From: Ascoidea asiatica JCM 7603
Taxonomy: Eukaryota > Fungi > Ascomycota
Assembly (NCBI GenBank): GCA_001600695.1
Contig: BCKQ01000009.1
Span: 1-64,000, forward strand
Length of the DNA: 64,000 bases
Reading direction: 5' to 3'
Shown: one piece after another, positions 61,041-64,000 of the stretch
How positions within the stretch are numbered: position 1 is the first letter of the stretch
Layout of the letters: every line of letters begins with the position of its first letter
Made by a program: the position numbers and the translations under genes
Notes under the pieces: model-generated
Database searches by the model: none
Told to the model about the DNA's origin: nothing
Seen by the model: only the letters and a program-made list of their open reading frames with translations

Positions 61041-62420
61041 TTAATGATCTAAAGTTCGAGTTTTGAAATTTTTAATATTAATAATTGGTTCATTACCATT
61101 AAATTCATCATGACTTGAAGTATTAATAATTATTGATTTATTCAAAAATAATTTATCATATGGAATTATTTCAATAACTGATTTAATTTCAATGTTTTTT
61201 TTATTATTAATATTATTATTAATATCATTAAATATTTCTTCAATTGGATCCATATCATCTTTTAAAATTGAATATATATATATTTTAACTTTTGCCCAAG
61301 TATTTTTTGTAGTTTTATCAATTAAAAAAGTTTCTAAAATTATTAAATTATCATTATCATTTATAAATTCAAGAAATTCTTCATTTGGTTGTAAATAATA
61401 ATTTACTTTTTTATTATAATTATTATTAATATTATCAAAATTATTAAAAATTAATTTATCTAATTTATGATTTGTTAAATTATCAAAATAATTTAAAGTT
61501 TTTTGAAATTTTAAAGAATTTAAATTTAAAAAATTTGAATTTAATTTATTAAATAATTCATTACCATTATATTTTTCAATTTTTAAAAATGGAAATAATT
61601 TTAATTCTTTATTTAAAGGAATATAATTATTTAATTGATAAATTGAAGATAATTTTAATAAATTATTTAATTTATTTGAAAATCTAATTTGAATATTTTT
61701 TTCATTATTTTCAATTGAATAAATTATTCTTAATAAAATTTGATTTAAAAAATTTTGATCATTTAAATTTAATAAAAAATTATTATTATTTTTGAAATTT
61801 AATGTGGAATTTAAAAAATAATTTGAAATTTTATTTAAAGATATAATTTTTTTAGTTTTTTTATAAAAATTTATTAAAATTATTGAAATTACTATTATTG
61901 GTATAATTAAAAATAATATTGGTAATGCAATAAATATAAAAAAATATCCAAATATGAAAACTCCAGATAATAATTTAATTGAATCTGGAATTGAATACCA
62001 TAATAATAATAAACTTTCTTTAAATTTTGAATTTAAATTACTTCTATTATTATAATGAAAGTTTCTTTTAATATTGAAATATTTATTACAATTTTTATTT
62101 GATTCTTGAATATAATTTCTTTTAAATGTTTTAATCTTTACATCATTTGAAAAAATAATAGAAAATGGTTTGTATTTTGAATTAAAATATGATTTTGAAT
62201 ATAATTTTGAATATAAATTTGAATATAAATTTGAATTAGAAATTGAATTGGAAATTGAATATGGTTTTGAATTAATAGTTTTTATTGAAAAACTTTTTAA
62301 TGGAATATAATATGAGGAAGATGAGGAGGATAAAGTTAATGGAAATAATTTATTTTTTGAAAATATTGGCTTTAAATTGCCTATTGAAAGATTTATTCTT
62401 AAAGCATTACTCCAAAACAT
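61041..62420 (-). CDS. Uncharacterised protein, probable mitochondrial membrane protein
   Basis: A 459-codon ORF in very AT-rich DNA is unlikely by chance. Basic/Ser-rich, acid-poor N-terminus and a hydrophobic stretch of about 35 aa. No family recognised. Confidence 0.7.
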   Translation of the reverse strand: MFWSNALRINLSIGNLKPIFSKNKLFPLTLSSSSSSYYIPLKSFSIKTINSKPYSISNSISNSNLYSNLYSKLYSKSYFNSKYKPFSIIFSNDVKIKTFKRNYIQESNKNCNKYFNIKRNFHYNNRSNLNSKFKESLLLLWYSIPDSIKLLSGVFIFGYFFIFIALPILFLIIPIIVISIILINFYKKTKKIISLNKISNYFLNSTLNFKNNNNFLLNLNDQNFLNQILLRIIYSIENNEKNIQIRFSNKLNNLLKLSSIYQLNNYIPLNKELKLFPFLKIEKYNGNELFNKLNSNFLNLNSLKFQKTLNYFDNLTNHKLDKLIFNNFDNINNNYNKKVNYYLQPNEEFLEFINDNDNLIILETFLIDKTTKNTWAKVKIYIYSILKDDMDPIEEIFNDINNNINNKKNIEIKSVIEIIPYDKLFLNKSIIINTSSHDEFNGNEPIINIKNFKTRTLDH

Positions 62421-62826
62421 ATTTCAATCTAAAGTCTATCTCTTTTAAATTCAAATTATATTTGATTAAATTCAATTCAATTCAATTTTTAATTCTTCTG
62501 GTTTTAATATTTCCAACTATTTCTTTAAATCTTTTGATCTGATTCAAATATTGAATATATCTTCATTGAAGCATTTTGCTTCCGGTTCAATCCGACTCGG
62601 GACTAGAGTTAGAAGTAATAAACTCGTGACCTCCACTGTAATGGCAAATCACACAATCCGGATTGGTAAGTCGACGGTCGGAAGTGGCAAACAAAGAAAG
62701 AGTGAAGAAAGAAAAGTCTACAAAAGAAGAAGGAAATTGAATTGAACTGAACTGCTTCTACTGCAAGAACAGGATTGAATGTAGAAGAAGTTACCAGATA
62801 CTACTGCTGCAAAGAGAAACAATAAT

Positions 62827-63597
62827 ATGAGTCTGGATAATGAACAGCCCAAATGTCCTGTGGATCATGCCACTAGAGATGCTTGGTTAAAAAACCAACA
62901 AAAAGAAGCACAGAAAGATAAAAAAAACATAGAGAAATCCCCCGTAGATCATAATAATGTTAATACTAAGACTTCAAAATCTTCTTGGTTTAGTTTTTGG
63001 GCAAGTGATTCATCATCACCTTCAGTCTCTATAAATAATAATAATGAAGCTTGTTCTTCAAATACTGTTAAAGATTTATTAAATAATGAAAATTTAAATA
63101 CTTCAAAATTACCTGATCAAAGACAGATATCTTCAATACCAAGAACAGGTACTGATTCAAATTGGGTTTACCCTTCTCAAAAACAATTTTTTGAATCAAT
63201 GAAAAGAAAAAAATGGGATCCAGAAGAAAAAGATATGAAATCAATAGTACCTATACATAATTTTGTTAATGAACAAGCATGGCATTTAATTCAATTATGG
63301 GAAAAAAATCAAGGTGGAGAAAATTGTGGTGGAATTAAATTAACAAGTTTTAAAGGTGATTCTAAAAAATTAACTCCAAGAGCAAGATGGAAAATGCTTA
63401 TGGGTTATCAAAAACCTTTTGATAGACATGATTGGACAATTAATAGATGTGGAACTGAAATTGAATATGTTATAGATTTTTATACTGGAAAACAATTACC
63501 AAATAGTGATTTACCAAGTTTTTTCTTAGATGTTAGACCAAAACTTAATACTTATGAAGGTGCAAAATTAAGATTATTAAAAATCCTTGGTTATTAA
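62827..63597 (+). CDS. CYT2: Cytochrome c1 heme lyase
   Basis: N-terminal KCPVD..TR.AWL (Cyt2 type), RQISSIPR, NWVYPS.KQF, IHN.VNE.AW, PFDRHDW and YVIDFY. Confidence 0.9.
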   Translation: MSLDNEQPKCPVDHATRDAWLKNQQKEAQKDKKNIEKSPVDHNNVNTKTSKSSWFSFWASDSSSPSVSINNNNEACSSNTVKDLLNNENLNTSKLPDQRQISSIPRTGTDSNWVYPSQKQFFESMKRKKWDPEEKDMKSIVPIHNFVNEQAWHLIQLWEKNQGGENCGGIKLTSFKGDSKKLTPRARWKMLMGYQKPFDRHDWTINRCGTEIEYVIDFYTGKQLPNSDLPSFFLDVRPKLNTYEGAKLRLLKILGY

Positions 63598-63920
63598 TTT
63601 AATCTTTTTATACAACTTTTATCTGTAAATATCATCAATGTAATAAATACTGTAAAGTTATAGTTATCAGTAACTTAACTTAGTTTACCAAATTTAAGCA
63701 TTTCAAGTTTTCAAACAAGCTAAAAATACACGTGAAAACCCCCGGTTAAACCTAATTAGGAACTTTGATTATTTTGAGTTTCGACTTTCGAAAAATATTG
63801 AAAAAAATTGGAAATTTGTAGAAATTTCAAAGATTTCAATGAAAAAAAAATGAATAAATCATTAAAAAAACAATTGACAAATACCAATTATCAAAAAAAA
63901 AATTATAGTACTTTCACAAA

Positions 63921-64000
63921 ATGTCTTTTCAAGAATATAAAGAGTTTGTCGAAGAAGGTGATCTAGTTTTAGTTTGGATTGGAAGAGATAATTATAAACC
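63921..64000 (+). CDS. GCD14: tRNA m1A58 methyltransferase catalytic subunit, 5' end (truncated by window)
   Basis: MSFQEYKEFVEEGDLVLVWIGRDNYK resembles Trm61/Gcd14 ([25 protein letters not shown]). Confidence 0.8.
   Translation, partial: MSFQEYKEFVEEGDLVLVWIGRDNYK

Overview
Very AT-rich, gene-dense budding-yeast (Saccharomycotina) nuclear DNA. The Asn/Gln-rich inserts and AT bias resemble the Ascoidea lineage, but that assignment is unverified inference. Gene identities come from recalled similarity to S. cerevisiae proteins, not database searches. The window opens with about 5.6 copies of a 17-bp repeat (candidate telomere) and a short zone of gene relics, including a decayed copy of the AGP2-like permease that is intact at 40-42 kb. 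Gene order: STH1, THS1, SNF11, IPT1, HCS1, PUT3, ATP7, MRPS17, RBD2, RVB1, BCY1, type I myosin, FYV8, ATG15 pseudogene, AGP2-like permease, AIM25, GPD, MPS1, ARP2, KAR2, a 55-aa GPI mini-protein missed by the ORF track, CCP1, an orphan membrane protein, CYT2, and the start of GCD14/TRM61. Main observations: (1) all three reconstructable spliceosomal introns end in AAG rather than YAG; (2) base composition is inverted, with GC/CpG-rich promoter islands, extremely AT-rich 5' gene bodies and GC recovery in the 3' part of long genes; (3) a candidate telomere repeat lies only about 2.2 kb from an essential gene; (4) a GPI-anchored glycopeptide has a mature part of only about 15 residues; (5) ATG15 has its catalytic Ser codon converted to a stop; (6) the CTG codons I found lie only in non-conserved regions. 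No tRNA, rRNA, CRISPR or recognisable mobile element was found.
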